IMG/VR virus record: IMGVR_UViG_2630968317_000001
Span: 24,162 to 88,161 of that record
Source: a virus
Lineage: Duplodnaviria; Caudoviricetes
Strand: one strand, 5' to 3'
Length of the DNA stretch: 64,000 nt
In this document: piece by piece, positions 9,108 to 17,609 of the stretch
Layout: every line of letters starts with the position of its first letter
Position numbering within the stretch: position 1 is the first letter of the stretch
Translations under genes and position numbers: made by a program
The notes under the pieces: model-generated
Database searches by the model: none
Seen by the model: only the letters and a program-made list of their open reading frames with translations
What the model was told of the DNA's origin: nothing

Positions 9108-10495
9108 GTTTCGGAGCTTCTCTACTATCGAAAGTAATCGAAGCGAACGACCCGTCGGCTTTATTGCGGTACGGCATAACGCGTAAGGATTTTCAAACGG
9201 ATGGCGAGCGGGCAGCATTCGAATATATCAGCACCTACGCGGAAAAGAACGGCAACCAAGCACCTACTGCCGAGATGGTAGCGACCGAGGTACCGACATT
9301 CCAGCCGGAATTCAGCATCGACGCAACGTTCGAGTACCTGGCGCAGAAGGCGAAAGAAACGGCTGCGTTAAACGACTTTACCGAAATATTCAACGATAAG
9401 TACGGCGCCAACGGAGTCAAAAAAGCCGATTCGGAATTTATTCAGCGATTCAACCGAGCACAGGACGGAGGTAATCCACAGGAATTTTTTGATTGGTTGA
9501 CCGAAGTCGCGGAACGGAGTAAAATAAGAACAAGCGTTCGTAAATCGGTGGGAACAAACGTCGTGACAGACGTCGATAAGTTCCGAGCCGAATACGAAAA
9601 ACGCAAGGCTGGCGAGTCTTTCCGCATTTGGAACAGTAAGTTTCCGGCTCTTAACAAAGCGATCGGGGGCTACGTCAGCTCGAACATGTACGTAGTTTAC
9701 GGAAAGCCCGGGCGCGGCAAGTCGGCGATCACGCTTGAAGAATCGATTAATTGCGCAGTTCAAGGCGCTAACGTACTTATCTGGTCGATGGAGATGGGCT
9801 GGTTCGAGGTACTCGTTCGAATCTACGTTTCACTTTCCGGCGATCAAGGCGTTGCTTTAACCGAAATCGATGGCCAGCAAATGGAAGCCGGCTTTGATTC
9901 GAGGGACGTCCGCCAAGGCAAGTTATCGGAAGAGTTCGAGGCTGGCTTTATGGAATTCATCGCGACGTTAAATACGATAATTGACGGAGATATTACGGTT
10001 CGAGCCGTAGATGACAAAGACTTCGATTCTCGTTCGCTGCGTGATCTCAAAGCGGATATTGAGCAAACAAAAGCCGACGTTGTTATGATCGATCCATTCT
10101 ACTACCTCGACTACGAATCAAACTCGAATAAAACGACAGGCGGTGCGGCTGCTGATACGTCTAAAAAGATGCGTCGTTTAGCCGGAACAATGGACGTTGT
10201 CATTTTCGCAATTACACAAGCCGGAGAAGATGACGCGACTGAAGACGAAGCCGGTAATCGCGAGATCAAGTTGCCGAAGCGAAAAGACGTCATGAAAACG
10301 TCTGCCCTACTTCAAGACGCTGCTGTATTAATTCCGGTTGATACGAACGCACGGGAAGGTCGCGGATTGATTGGCGTCAATAAGGGGCGCGATGGTGGCG
10401 AAGATGAAGTCGTTGAGATCGTTTATCTACCACAAGTCGGCCTAATTAAGCAAGTGGCGGCGGGAGAAACGGATTTAGAGGTATTCGGGTTCTAA
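9104..10495 (+). CDS. DnaB-like replicative helicase
   Basis: GKPGRGKS; WSMEM; VVMIDPFY; IFAITQ; KGRDG. Confidence 0.92.
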   Translation: MSFGASLLSKVIEANDPSALLRYGITRKDFQTDGERAAFEYISTYAEKNGNQAPTAEMVATEVPTFQPEFSIDATFEYLAQKAKETAALNDFTEIFNDKYGANGVKKADSEFIQRFNRAQDGGNPQEFFDWLTEVAERSKIRTSVRKSVGTNVVTDVDKFRAEYEKRKAGESFRIWNSKFPALNKAIGGYVSSNMYVVYGKPGRGKSAITLEESINCAVQGANVLIWSMEMGWFEVLVRIYVSLSGDQGVALTEIDGQQMEAGFDSRDVRQGKLSEEFEAGFMEFIATLNTIIDGDITVRAVDDKDFDSRSLRDLKADIEQTKADVVMIDPFYYLDYESNSNKTTGGAAADTSKKMRRLAGTMDVVIFAITQAGEDDATEDEAGNREIKLPKRKDVMKTSALLQDAAVLIPVDTNAREGRGLIGVNKGRDGGEDEVVEIVYLPQVGLIKQVAAGETDLEVFGF

Positions 10496-10607
10496 ATACT
10501 GGAATCCTTACCATGAATTACACCGAACAATTCTGAATATTTTCGACAAATTACGACTACAATGTCGATGAGAATAGTGTAATATAACGAAAGGGGCTCG
10601 TATATAC

Positions 10608-11609
10608 ATGTCGATTCTTACGATTAATGGCGTCCTGACAGACGTCGACATACGCGAAGAATTAGAGCGATTCGAATGGGATCGACCTACGTGGCACGCG
10701 GACCGTTTAACGGCGGCAAGCCCTTTTCGCGACGATCGGACTCCTAGTTTTTACGTTTACTACGAAGACACTCCGACCGCAAAAGCCGGCTATTTCGGAG
10801 ATAGCGGCACAGGAGAGCGCGGCGGCTTAATTAAACTGCTTGCGTTTCTGCGTGAAGAAACCGAGGAAGAGACGGCTTATTATCTCGCTGAGACTTATGG
10901 TACCGGCGAAGGAGAAGGACGTCTAAAACTCCGTGTTCCTCGTTTAAAAATCGTTGAGCCTAGACGTCCATTAGCCGAGACTTTACTGGACGGCATCAAG
11001 ATCGGTCCGAACGCTTACTTAGCCAATCGCGGCATAAGCGAAGAAGTCCAGCGCAAAGCAGGCGTAGGCACGGTCGGACAAACGGTGGTGATTCCGTGGC
11101 GGCTGCCTAATAAGCGCCTGGCAAACGTGAAGTACCGATCGACACACAATAAAGCGTTTTGGTACGCAAAAGGCGGATGGCCGATACGTGAATTAATCTA
11201 CGGCATAGACACCGTTTATGCTAATCACGCCAAAGTAGCGGTTCTAGCCGAAGCTGAAATCGATGCGCAGTCGTGGCGTACGGCAGGCTTTTGCGGCATT
11301 GCGACAGGCGGCAGTAAATTTTCCGACCGAAAGGCGGACATAATTGCGCAGTCACCAATCGAATATTTAATAGTAGTATCTGACAACGACGAAGCCGGTG
11401 AGAAATTGCGGAAGGAGGTCGAGCTAAAGATGCGCGGCAAAGTCAGGCTTGCGCACGGTTATATAACGAAAGGGTACAAAGACGCAAATGAATTATTGAT
11501 AGCGGAAGGTGAGGACGCTCTTAAGCGAGTTGTTGATCGTGCGGAGGCGGTAAGTATTAACATAAGGTTCGGGAATATCCGAACTTTTGGTCGGCGGAGG
11601 TTATCTTAA
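10608..11609 (+). CDS. DNA primase (Toprim)
   Basis: SPFRDDRTPSF; LAEAEIDA; SDNDEAG; YKDANE. Confidence 0.9.
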   Translation: MSILTINGVLTDVDIREELERFEWDRPTWHADRLTAASPFRDDRTPSFYVYYEDTPTAKAGYFGDSGTGERGGLIKLLAFLREETEEETAYYLAETYGTGEGEGRLKLRVPRLKIVEPRRPLAETLLDGIKIGPNAYLANRGISEEVQRKAGVGTVGQTVVIPWRLPNKRLANVKYRSTHNKAFWYAKGGWPIRELIYGIDTVYANHAKVAVLAEAEIDAQSWRTAGFCGIATGGSKFSDRKADIIAQSPIEYLIVVSDNDEAGEKLRKEVELKMRGKVRLAHGYITKGYKDANELLIAEGEDALKRVVDRAEAVSINIRFGNIRTFGRRRLS

Positions 11610-11842
11610 CCCTCCGTGTTGCTACCGGATAAAGGACGCCAATTATATAAGGCTTCGACCGGGCAGTCGAGGCAGCGCGCTAAGGAATACGCCATTTCAA
11701 CGTTAGGGATGTTCCTCAGCGAGATATAATCGGAAAGCTGCGTTTTTGAGATTCCGACCATTTCTGCGAGTTGAATAAGAGTATAACCACGTTTATAACA
11801 CAGCTCCTTTATCCGGCAAGATACGACCGAATACTGCGAGAT
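11606..11842 (-). CDS. XRE-family HTH regulator (start uncertain)
   Basis: TLIQLAEMVGISKTQLSDYISLRNIPNVE; best RBS GGAGG precedes an in-frame ATC at 11842. Confidence 0.8.
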   Translation of the reverse strand: MSQYSVVSCRIKELCYKRGYTLIQLAEMVGISKTQLSDYISLRNIPNVEMAYSLARCLDCPVEALYNWRPLSGSNTEG

Positions 11843-11916
11843 AAACACCTCCGCAAAGCAAAATGACGCGAGCTTTACGAAGGAAATTATACCACATAAC
11901 CGCGCCGATTCCATCG

Positions 11917-12123
11917 TCATTCGGGCGGATTTGGTAGAATGCGGACAACCTTTTCGATGGGTACGTCCAATTCGAGGCAGACGGCTTCTATAGTTGATAA
12001 GCTTACGGGCTTGTCCTCGTTAATCTTTGTTACTAGGTTCCTATGGATGACTTTATCCCTTAGAATTCCAGTTGTTAATCCTCTTTCAGCCAGGTAAGTT
12101 CTAAGTGGTTCATAACTAATCAT
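11917..12123 (-). CDS. Cro/C1-type HTH regulator
   Basis: MISYEPLRTYLAERGL...VSLSTIEAVCLELDVPIEKVV. Confidence 0.85.
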   Translation of the reverse strand: MISYEPLRTYLAERGLTTGILRDKVIHRNLVTKINEDKPVSLSTIEAVCLELDVPIEKVVRILPNPPE

Positions 12124-12154
12124 AAAAAAAAATCTCCTTTTTCCTTAAATTCCC

Positions 12155-12170
12155 GCACACAAAAGTGTGC
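12155..12170. promoter_or_regulatory. Palindromic operator candidate between divergent xre and aimR
   Basis: GCACAC-AAAA-GTGTGC. Confidence 0.5.
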
Positions 12171-12225
12171 ATTTATGTTATATTATAAACAGAGAGAAGG
12201 CGCAAGTCTATAAGGGGTGTGTATT

Positions 12226-13392
12226 ATGCAGTCAATTAAAGATGATTTTATCAACCTCAGAGAAAAATACGACTTAAGTATAACATGTATTTCCACAAAA
12301 ACAGGAATTAACCAGGATGTTCTATATGAGTTTACTGATAGTGGGTCTATCGGATTTAAACACCTGGTAACACTTTCGAAGTTCTTCTACAAAGAGAAGT
12401 ATCACGAAATAATGCGTGAATGGTGTATGAAAATAGATTCTCCCGAGTGGCTGAAACAGGCTTTTGAGTATGCTGCGTTAAAAAGGGATTCAGATTTACT
12501 TGGGATGCTTCTTGAAAAAAGTAAAGAAGAACATGGTATTAAACAATTTTTAGATATGTACGGATTAATTTTAGATTTCATGGTTGACCGAATTGATTTT
12601 AGAGAATTATCTGATAGAATGAGTAGTCTTAAAGTATCGAGTTCTAAAGATTTAAAAATCTTAAAGGACATATACTCATGCGTTTTTATGTATTATGATG
12701 ACGAATTTATAGGAATCACAAAAAATGCCAGCTTAATCTATAAAGAGATTGTTAAGTTGGGAAAACGAAGAGCATTTATAAAGGAAGCTTTTTCCTATCG
12801 TTTATCCGAAATTTTAGCACCGGCTTACCTACATCTTAATGAACCTAAATTATGTATGTTTCACGCGAATGTGTTAGTTAGTACCGGACTCAATAATAAA
12901 CATATATCAGACGGGAACTATTACATAGGGATGTGTAAACTCCATGAGGATAAAACCTCGTGTCTGACTCATATGGAGAAAAGTCTTCATTTCGCGAAAG
13001 AAACGAAAGAACCATTATTAATAAGAGAAGCTACTAACAATTTAAATATGGTTAAATCACTCTTTTCTTTTATAGAGGGTGGAAGTGCTCCTGTTTTCGC
13101 AGGTGAAAAAGAAAAGTTTCTTTTAGGAGGTGATGCAGACTTTGTAGTATACTTCAACTACGTACGTAATAGAGAGATCAGTAATGTGTATGCTGCGTAT
13201 AAACATTTCTTTGAAGAGATGAACTTTTTCTTCGCTTCTATAGCAGCTGAAACACTACGTATGTTTGGGGTAGATGATATTCAGATTGATGTTCTTAAGT
13301 CATTCAAATTAAAATCAAAGGGAGATGTTGTTTATGAAAAAGATTTTATTGATGGGTTTTGTTTTAGGGGCACTAGTTGTATCGCTTCTTAA
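12226..13392 (+). CDS. aimR: AimR-family arbitrium peptide receptor (HTH + TPR-like)
   Basis: ~388 aa; N-terminal HTH (IGFKHLVTLSKFF); LKQAFEYAAL motif; helical repeats; followed by a secreted pro-peptide. Confidence 0.88.
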   Translation: MQSIKDDFINLREKYDLSITCISTKTGINQDVLYEFTDSGSIGFKHLVTLSKFFYKEKYHEIMREWCMKIDSPEWLKQAFEYAALKRDSDLLGMLLEKSKEEHGIKQFLDMYGLILDFMVDRIDFRELSDRMSSLKVSSSKDLKILKDIYSCVFMYYDDEFIGITKNASLIYKEIVKLGKRRAFIKEAFSYRLSEILAPAYLHLNEPKLCMFHANVLVSTGLNNKHISDGNYYIGMCKLHEDKTSCLTHMEKSLHFAKETKEPLLIREATNNLNMVKSLFSFIEGGSAPVFAGEKEKFLLGGDADFVVYFNYVRNREISNVYAAYKHFFEEMNFFFASIAAETLRMFGVDDIQIDVLKSFKLKSKGDVVYEKDFIDGFCFRGTSCIAS

Positions 13393-13468
13393 CACTGAGG
13401 GGATGAAAATAGATAGCGCGAGCAGTGATAATGTAGTACATGTTAGCGAAATTAAAGTAGGCGGATAA
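13334..13468 (+). CDS. aimP: AimP arbitrium pro-peptide, 44 aa; predicted mature peptide EIKVGG
   Basis: MKKILLMGFVLGALVVSLLNTEGMKIDSASSDNVVHVSEIKVGG*; Sec-type signal peptide; RBS AAGGGAG; overlaps aimR 3' end. Confidence 0.88.
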   Translation: MKKILLMGFVLGALVVSLLNTEGMKIDSASSDNVVHVSEIKVGG

Positions 13469-13469
13469 A

Positions 13470-13508
13470 AGATCGGGCCAATCGGCCTTTTTCTTTTGTC
13501 TTTTTTTT
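13470..13508 (+). terminator. Intrinsic terminator after aimP
   Basis: GGGCC-AATC-GGCCT hairpin followed by long T tracts. Confidence 0.6.
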
Positions 13509-13620
13509 AATATTTTTCGGAAAAGTCTAAAAAACTAAGATTATCCAAAAACCACAAACTCCTCCTACCAAGATGCTAATATATGGTCATGGAAGAAAAA
13601 TTATAAAAAACTTTAAATCA

Positions 13621-13655
13621 AATGTCCCGATTCATACGGACCACATGCGACTGTA
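13621..13655 (+). promoter_or_regulatory. Phage bipartite motif, copy 2
   Basis: AATGTCCCGATT-catacggac-CACATGCGACTGTA, 15 nt before the RBS of the sigma-like gene. Confidence 0.75.
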
Positions 13656-13684
13656 TAAGTGTAAGGGACGGGAGGAGAAAGAAC

Positions 13685-14215
13685 TTGGATAAACAAAAAT
13701 TTAATAGACTACAATTGGCCGCAGATTACGGAGCGATTCCGTATGTACAAAGAGAATCGCAACGAATCGCACACTTAGTTCCCGACGAAACATCGTTTGA
13801 GCAGCGGACCTTACTTTCGATAGGCTACTGGCTAGAACGATACGAAGGCAATGGTCGCGATAAGAAAGCGCTGATCCAGCGCATTATCGTAAGGGAACGA
13901 AACAAGTACCTGAAGGCATCACGAAAAGAAGCGGCTTTATCTATAGAAGGAATGCGAGACGACGGTAATGTCTCGTGGGAACCTCACGACAGTTTGGCGA
14001 CTATCGATGACGGTTTGATGGCAAAAGAAAAGATCGCTCTGTTGGCGCAGAACGATCCAAGAAAAACAATGATCTTACAGTTTTGGAGCGAAGGATGTAC
14101 GAATATGGACGAAATCTCCAAGTTGTTGGCGCAACATTTAGGAGGAAATTTCGAAGCACATCGCAAGTTCATCCGCCGTTTCCGTTTACACTGCCAGCGC
14201 GAACTAACAGCATAA
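13685..14215 (+). CDS. Putative phage sigma-like / positive control factor
   Basis: 176 aa from TTG after GGAGGAG; region-2-like helices (YWLERYEG...LIQRIIVRERNKYLK) and C-terminal HTH (ILQFWSEG..MDEISKLLA..HRKFIRRFR). Confidence 0.6.
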   Translation: MDKQKFNRLQLAADYGAIPYVQRESQRIAHLVPDETSFEQRTLLSIGYWLERYEGNGRDKKALIQRIIVRERNKYLKASRKEAALSIEGMRDDGNVSWEPHDSLATIDDGLMAKEKIALLAQNDPRKTMILQFWSEGCTNMDEISKLLAQHLGGNFEAHRKFIRRFRLHCQRELTA

Positions 14216-14350
14216 TCACGTATCTAGGCACGAGGGCTTCGCTACGCATTTTTAATGATAATCGATTGAGAATCGAATTTCAAGCGAACACCATGCGAAC
14301 AACCCTCCGTCTAGTACGTTTTACCTAAAATTCAAGGAGGCTAACGTACT

Positions 14351-14494
14351 ATGAAACAACCTACAAACGATTTCCCACCCGTAGTAAACATCCAAAAATT
14401 AACGGAATTACAATACGAAGGCGCACTAAATCACGAAGATGATCCGGCTGACTTTTATCGTCCTGCAACTATTAAGGCGGTGCGCGTCGGATGA
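14351..14494 (+). CDS. Hypothetical protein, 47 aa
   Basis: RBS AAGGAGG; MKQPTNDFPPVVNIQKLTELQYEG...; ATGA overlap with next ORF. Confidence 0.6.
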   Translation: MKQPTNDFPPVVNIQKLTELQYEGALNHEDDPADFYRPATIKAVRVG

Positions 14495-14994
14495 ACTTTC
14501 AATTCGGACCGCACGCACGAAAAGCGCTTAAGGATCGTTTCGGAATCACGAACTATTACGCGTCTTATAAATGGCTGGCCGAACGCCTGTCTTCTTCGGT
14601 CGATCTTGGCGTCAGCGTAGATAAGAACGGCAAAGAAGCCCGCATGTATGGCGCAGGAGATGCGATTATATTATGCGATATTAACGAAGATTTTGTAATC
14701 ACTGTACTGAAGCCGCGCCGGTTTAATCCGGTATTCGTACGAAAGGTTTACCAAGCGGAAAAACAGTCCGTCGAAGAACGTATTCAATATAACGATCGGC
14801 TCTCGTCTGAGTTGCCGGATGAATTGTCGCATTGGCAACGCGAGCTAAAACGCACACGCTCAGCCGCGAAGAAAAGGGCGATTCAAGCACGTATTAACGC
14901 GATTCAGGCACGCCTAGACGAACTACCGAACGAAACTTTCGAAGCTCGTCGTGATTTAACACGAGTAGCACAGGCGGTGGCTGCGTATGTTTGA
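14491..14994 (+). CDS. Hypothetical protein with C-terminal coiled coil
   Basis: 167-aa coupled ORF. Confidence 0.7.
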   Translation: MNFQFGPHARKALKDRFGITNYYASYKWLAERLSSSVDLGVSVDKNGKEARMYGAGDAIILCDINEDFVITVLKPRRFNPVFVRKVYQAEKQSVEERIQYNDRLSSELPDELSHWQRELKRTRSAAKKRAIQARINAIQARLDELPNETFEARRDLTRVAQAVAAYV

Positions 14995-15103
14995 CGACTT
15001 CCTAATGTAATTCGCATTCGTCGGCAGCATCGCGACCGTCATTATCGGCGGCATGTACTGGTCGCTTCTACGCGAAGAGAGACGGAATAAAGGCGGCGAA
15101 TGA
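14987..15103 (+). pseudogene. Small membrane protein with in-frame TAA
   Basis: MFDDFLM*FAFVGSIATVIIGGMYWSLLREERRNKGGE*; stop at 15008-15010. Confidence 0.5.
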
Positions 15104-15243
15104 CCGCCGACGCTCGGAGAATACCGGGGCGTTCGTTAAGTAAAACTGTCGCGTCGCTATGCTGTGCGCTGGCGGCGTCTCGGGCGCAGATACCGGTGTT
15201 TTGCGAGGGTCAAACCCTAAAACAAATTAACGGAGGTAATCGG

Positions 15244-16017
15244 ATGACAAAGTACACAAGCGGAGCTGACGCTCTAAACGCATTGAACGCAACAAATGAA
15301 GGAGGCGGCGGGGGTAATAGCGCCGAGTTTGCGAGCTTCAAGACGGGCACGGTTTATAAGGTACGCGTTATGAGTGCTTTCGATCTAATTCGCTTCTTTT
15401 CATACGGAATCTACAAGAAAGTAAATTCGTTCTCGGCGGCTAATCCGAGCACGCTAAACAAAAACGGCTTTCCTGAGTCGAATCTAACGTCATGGGATCG
15501 CGCGTGGAAGTACTACCAAGACCAAAAGAAAGCGGCTGCTGATCGAGGCGATGCCAAAGCGGAGGAGGCGGCTAAACAAGAAGCGGCTAAGTATCGCGTC
15601 AAAGAACGATATGCGCTCGGATTTATTAACCTTGAAACGGGCCAGCCGATCATCGTCGATCTTTCTAAAACGCAGGCCACGACGGTTCACGCGGTTATTA
15701 AAAAGCAGGAAAAGAAACTCGGCCGCATCGCGTTTGAATTGGAGAAGTCTGGTTCAGGTACGAACACAGTAGTTTCATTAACGCCTCTTATCGATATGGA
15801 AGAAGACTTGACGGAAGCGGAACGTAAGCATTTTGCGGATCAAGACGGTAAAGAATTCGATATGTCTTTATTTGACGGCTTAATTTACGAAGCTGATGAA
15901 AAGGAAATGATCGAAAACCTTGTCGCGGCCGGCTTTAACTTAGCGCTGATCGGAGAATCGCTTGACGGTGGCGCAGAAGACGTGGAACTACCAGCCGGAG
16001 AAAACTTCGAATTTTAA
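15244..16017 (+). CDS. Putative single-stranded DNA-binding protein
   Basis: ATG after GGAGG; FELEKSGSGTNTVVSLTP; acidic tail ending in Phe; upstream of PolA. Confidence 0.6.
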   Translation: MTKYTSGADALNALNATNEGGGGGNSAEFASFKTGTVYKVRVMSAFDLIRFFSYGIYKKVNSFSAANPSTLNKNGFPESNLTSWDRAWKYYQDQKKAAADRGDAKAEEAAKQEAAKYRVKERYALGFINLETGQPIIVDLSKTQATTVHAVIKKQEKKLGRIAFELEKSGSGTNTVVSLTPLIDMEEDLTEAERKHFADQDGKEFDMSLFDGLIYEADEKEMIENLVAAGFNLALIGESLDGGAEDVELPAGENFEF

Positions 16018-16030
16018 GGAGGGCGCATAG

Positions 16031-16282
16031 ATGCGAGAAATTAAAACGGAAGCGCAGACGTTAGATTTATCGAAAAAGGTGACCGTAGAAGTTTCGCTGG
16101 CGGAGTTGATTGTACTATCTGCCACCCTCGCCGAGATCGATAGTGGCGTAGTTTACCATAACCTCGAATGGAATTATAGCGAGTCAACGATAGACGGTAT
16201 TGATCGAATTGGAGTTTGTACGTCATCTATTGCGGATAATATCGGCACTATTATTTCAGAACACATCCCGAAGGAGGACTGA
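16031..16282 (+). CDS. Hypothetical protein
   Basis: RBS AAGGAGG. Confidence 0.65.
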   Translation: MREIKTEAQTLDLSKKVTVEVSLAELIVLSATLAEIDSGVVYHNLEWNYSESTIDGIDRIGVCTSSIADNIGTIISEHIPKED

Positions 16283-16284
16283 GT

Positions 16285-16719
16285 ATGGCGCACAAAGAAG
16301 AAACGATCGGCAAATTCGCCGAACTGATCGCACGCGCTGCCTTAATGGCGGCCGGCTGGTCAGGCGTTAGTAAGCCGGAAACCGAAGAACCGTATGATAT
16401 TCTCGCGGCCGAGCCGATCACGGGCGCAATCAAACGCATTCAGGTCAAGACGATTCGTGACCGTCGGGATAGCCGCGGTTGTTTAACCGTCAGCGGACGG
16501 AAGAACACCGGTCAGGCTTATACGAAATCTGATACGGACTATTTTATCGGAGTGCTGATCGAAGACAACGAGACTAAGGCGTATATGTTCGAATGTCGCA
16601 ACATTACGGACTATTGGATGCCGCGTAAGAACGAAGGCGTCCGAGCATGGCACGAACTCAAACTTAACTTAGACCGCGCATACTTGGCTGCATTAGAAAA
16701 CGAAGCGGAGGCGGTATAA
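16285..16719 (+). CDS. PD-(D/E)XK nuclease-like protein
   Basis: GKFAELIA...PYDILA...RIQVKT. Confidence 0.75.
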   Translation: MAHKEETIGKFAELIARAALMAAGWSGVSKPETEEPYDILAAEPITGAIKRIQVKTIRDRRDSRGCLTVSGRKNTGQAYTKSDTDYFIGVLIEDNETKAYMFECRNITDYWMPRKNEGVRAWHELKLNLDRAYLAALENEAEAV

Positions 16720-17433
16720 ATGGCGGCATTAAAAGGCGTAAAGACGCTCGATATGGTGGACGGCGAAATTACGAAAGTTGCGTATGAAGGTGCGGAGTAT
16801 GAACGTGTTGAGGGAGGCGCAAAGGTCGGCGATATCATACGACTAACAGAAGAAGCTCGACGCGACGTCACCCCTGGCGGATTTTATACTGTAAGAGGAG
16901 TTATAGGCGCCAGAGTTCAGATAACAGACGACGTTAATGCGCCGCATCATTGGGACGAGGAATATTATGTTCCATTCCGCAAGAAGTACGTACGCCTAAA
17001 AGTCGGCGATTATGCGAAGGTGGTCGATTGGCCTAGTCCTTTTAAAGGAGCCGAAGGTGACTTGGTTAAGGTATTGACTGATGCCCGAAAATCTCGTCCG
17101 TTTCACTGCGAGCTTTTGACCGGAAATTACGTTGGAGATAGAATTTGGGCACGTGAATCCGAACTAGTCCTCGCAACCGAAGCCGAAGTCGCCAAAGAAG
17201 CGGAAGCAAAACGATCCACCGAAGCGAAATGGGCGAAGATCGGACGCAAAGTTGGCGAGTATCGTAAAGGCGATATTGTTCAATTTAAAGACGACTACGT
17301 AGCGATCGGAGTTGTCGAGGATGTCGGTGCCGATCTTCTAGGAGTACGCATGCCAGACGAAGCCTATCAGTGTCCGTACAAGAACAACGTAACGCTAATC
17401 ACTCCGGTCGAGGCACGTTTTGACCGCAGCTAA
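16720..17433 (+). CDS. Hypothetical protein with repeated SH3-like modules
   Basis: AKVGDII, LKVGDYA and YRKGDIV repeats. Confidence 0.75.
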   Translation: MAALKGVKTLDMVDGEITKVAYEGAEYERVEGGAKVGDIIRLTEEARRDVTPGGFYTVRGVIGARVQITDDVNAPHHWDEEYYVPFRKKYVRLKVGDYAKVVDWPSPFKGAEGDLVKVLTDARKSRPFHCELLTGNYVGDRIWARESELVLATEAEVAKEAEAKRSTEAKWAKIGRKVGEYRKGDIVQFKDDYVAIGVVEDVGADLLGVRMPDEAYQCPYKNNVTLITPVEARFDRS

Positions 17434-17590
17434 ATGCGCCTCCTGCCAAGCGCCCATTAACGAAGGCCAGTCCGCCGTTTACGACTCACTTTACGAAGTG
17501 TATTGTTGCGCCGGCGACTGCTGGTCGGAGTTTTATTCGGATAATGAGACGGCTCATAGACGGAAGTGGACGGACACCATCGAATTTTAA
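17420..17590 (+). CDS. Small Cys-rich (zinc-finger-like) protein, 56 aa
   Basis: MTAAKCASCQAPINEGQSAVYDSLYEVYCCAGDCWSEF... Confidence 0.6.
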   Translation: MTAAKCASCQAPINEGQSAVYDSLYEVYCCAGDCWSEFYSDNETAHRRKWTDTIEF

Positions 17591-17609
17591 ACGGGAGGGA
17601 GGACGCGAC

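Noticed and set aside
10496-10600. Second AimR site upstream of primase (AATATTTTCG, similar to ~13509)
   Set aside because: Match is short and AT-rich; cannot be distinguished from chance by eye
13622-13684. N-terminal extensions in the ORF track (13622, 15100, 17544, 23425, 28641, 53676)
   Set aside because: Better RBS-linked starts lie downstream; the extensions run through regulatory motifs or other genes
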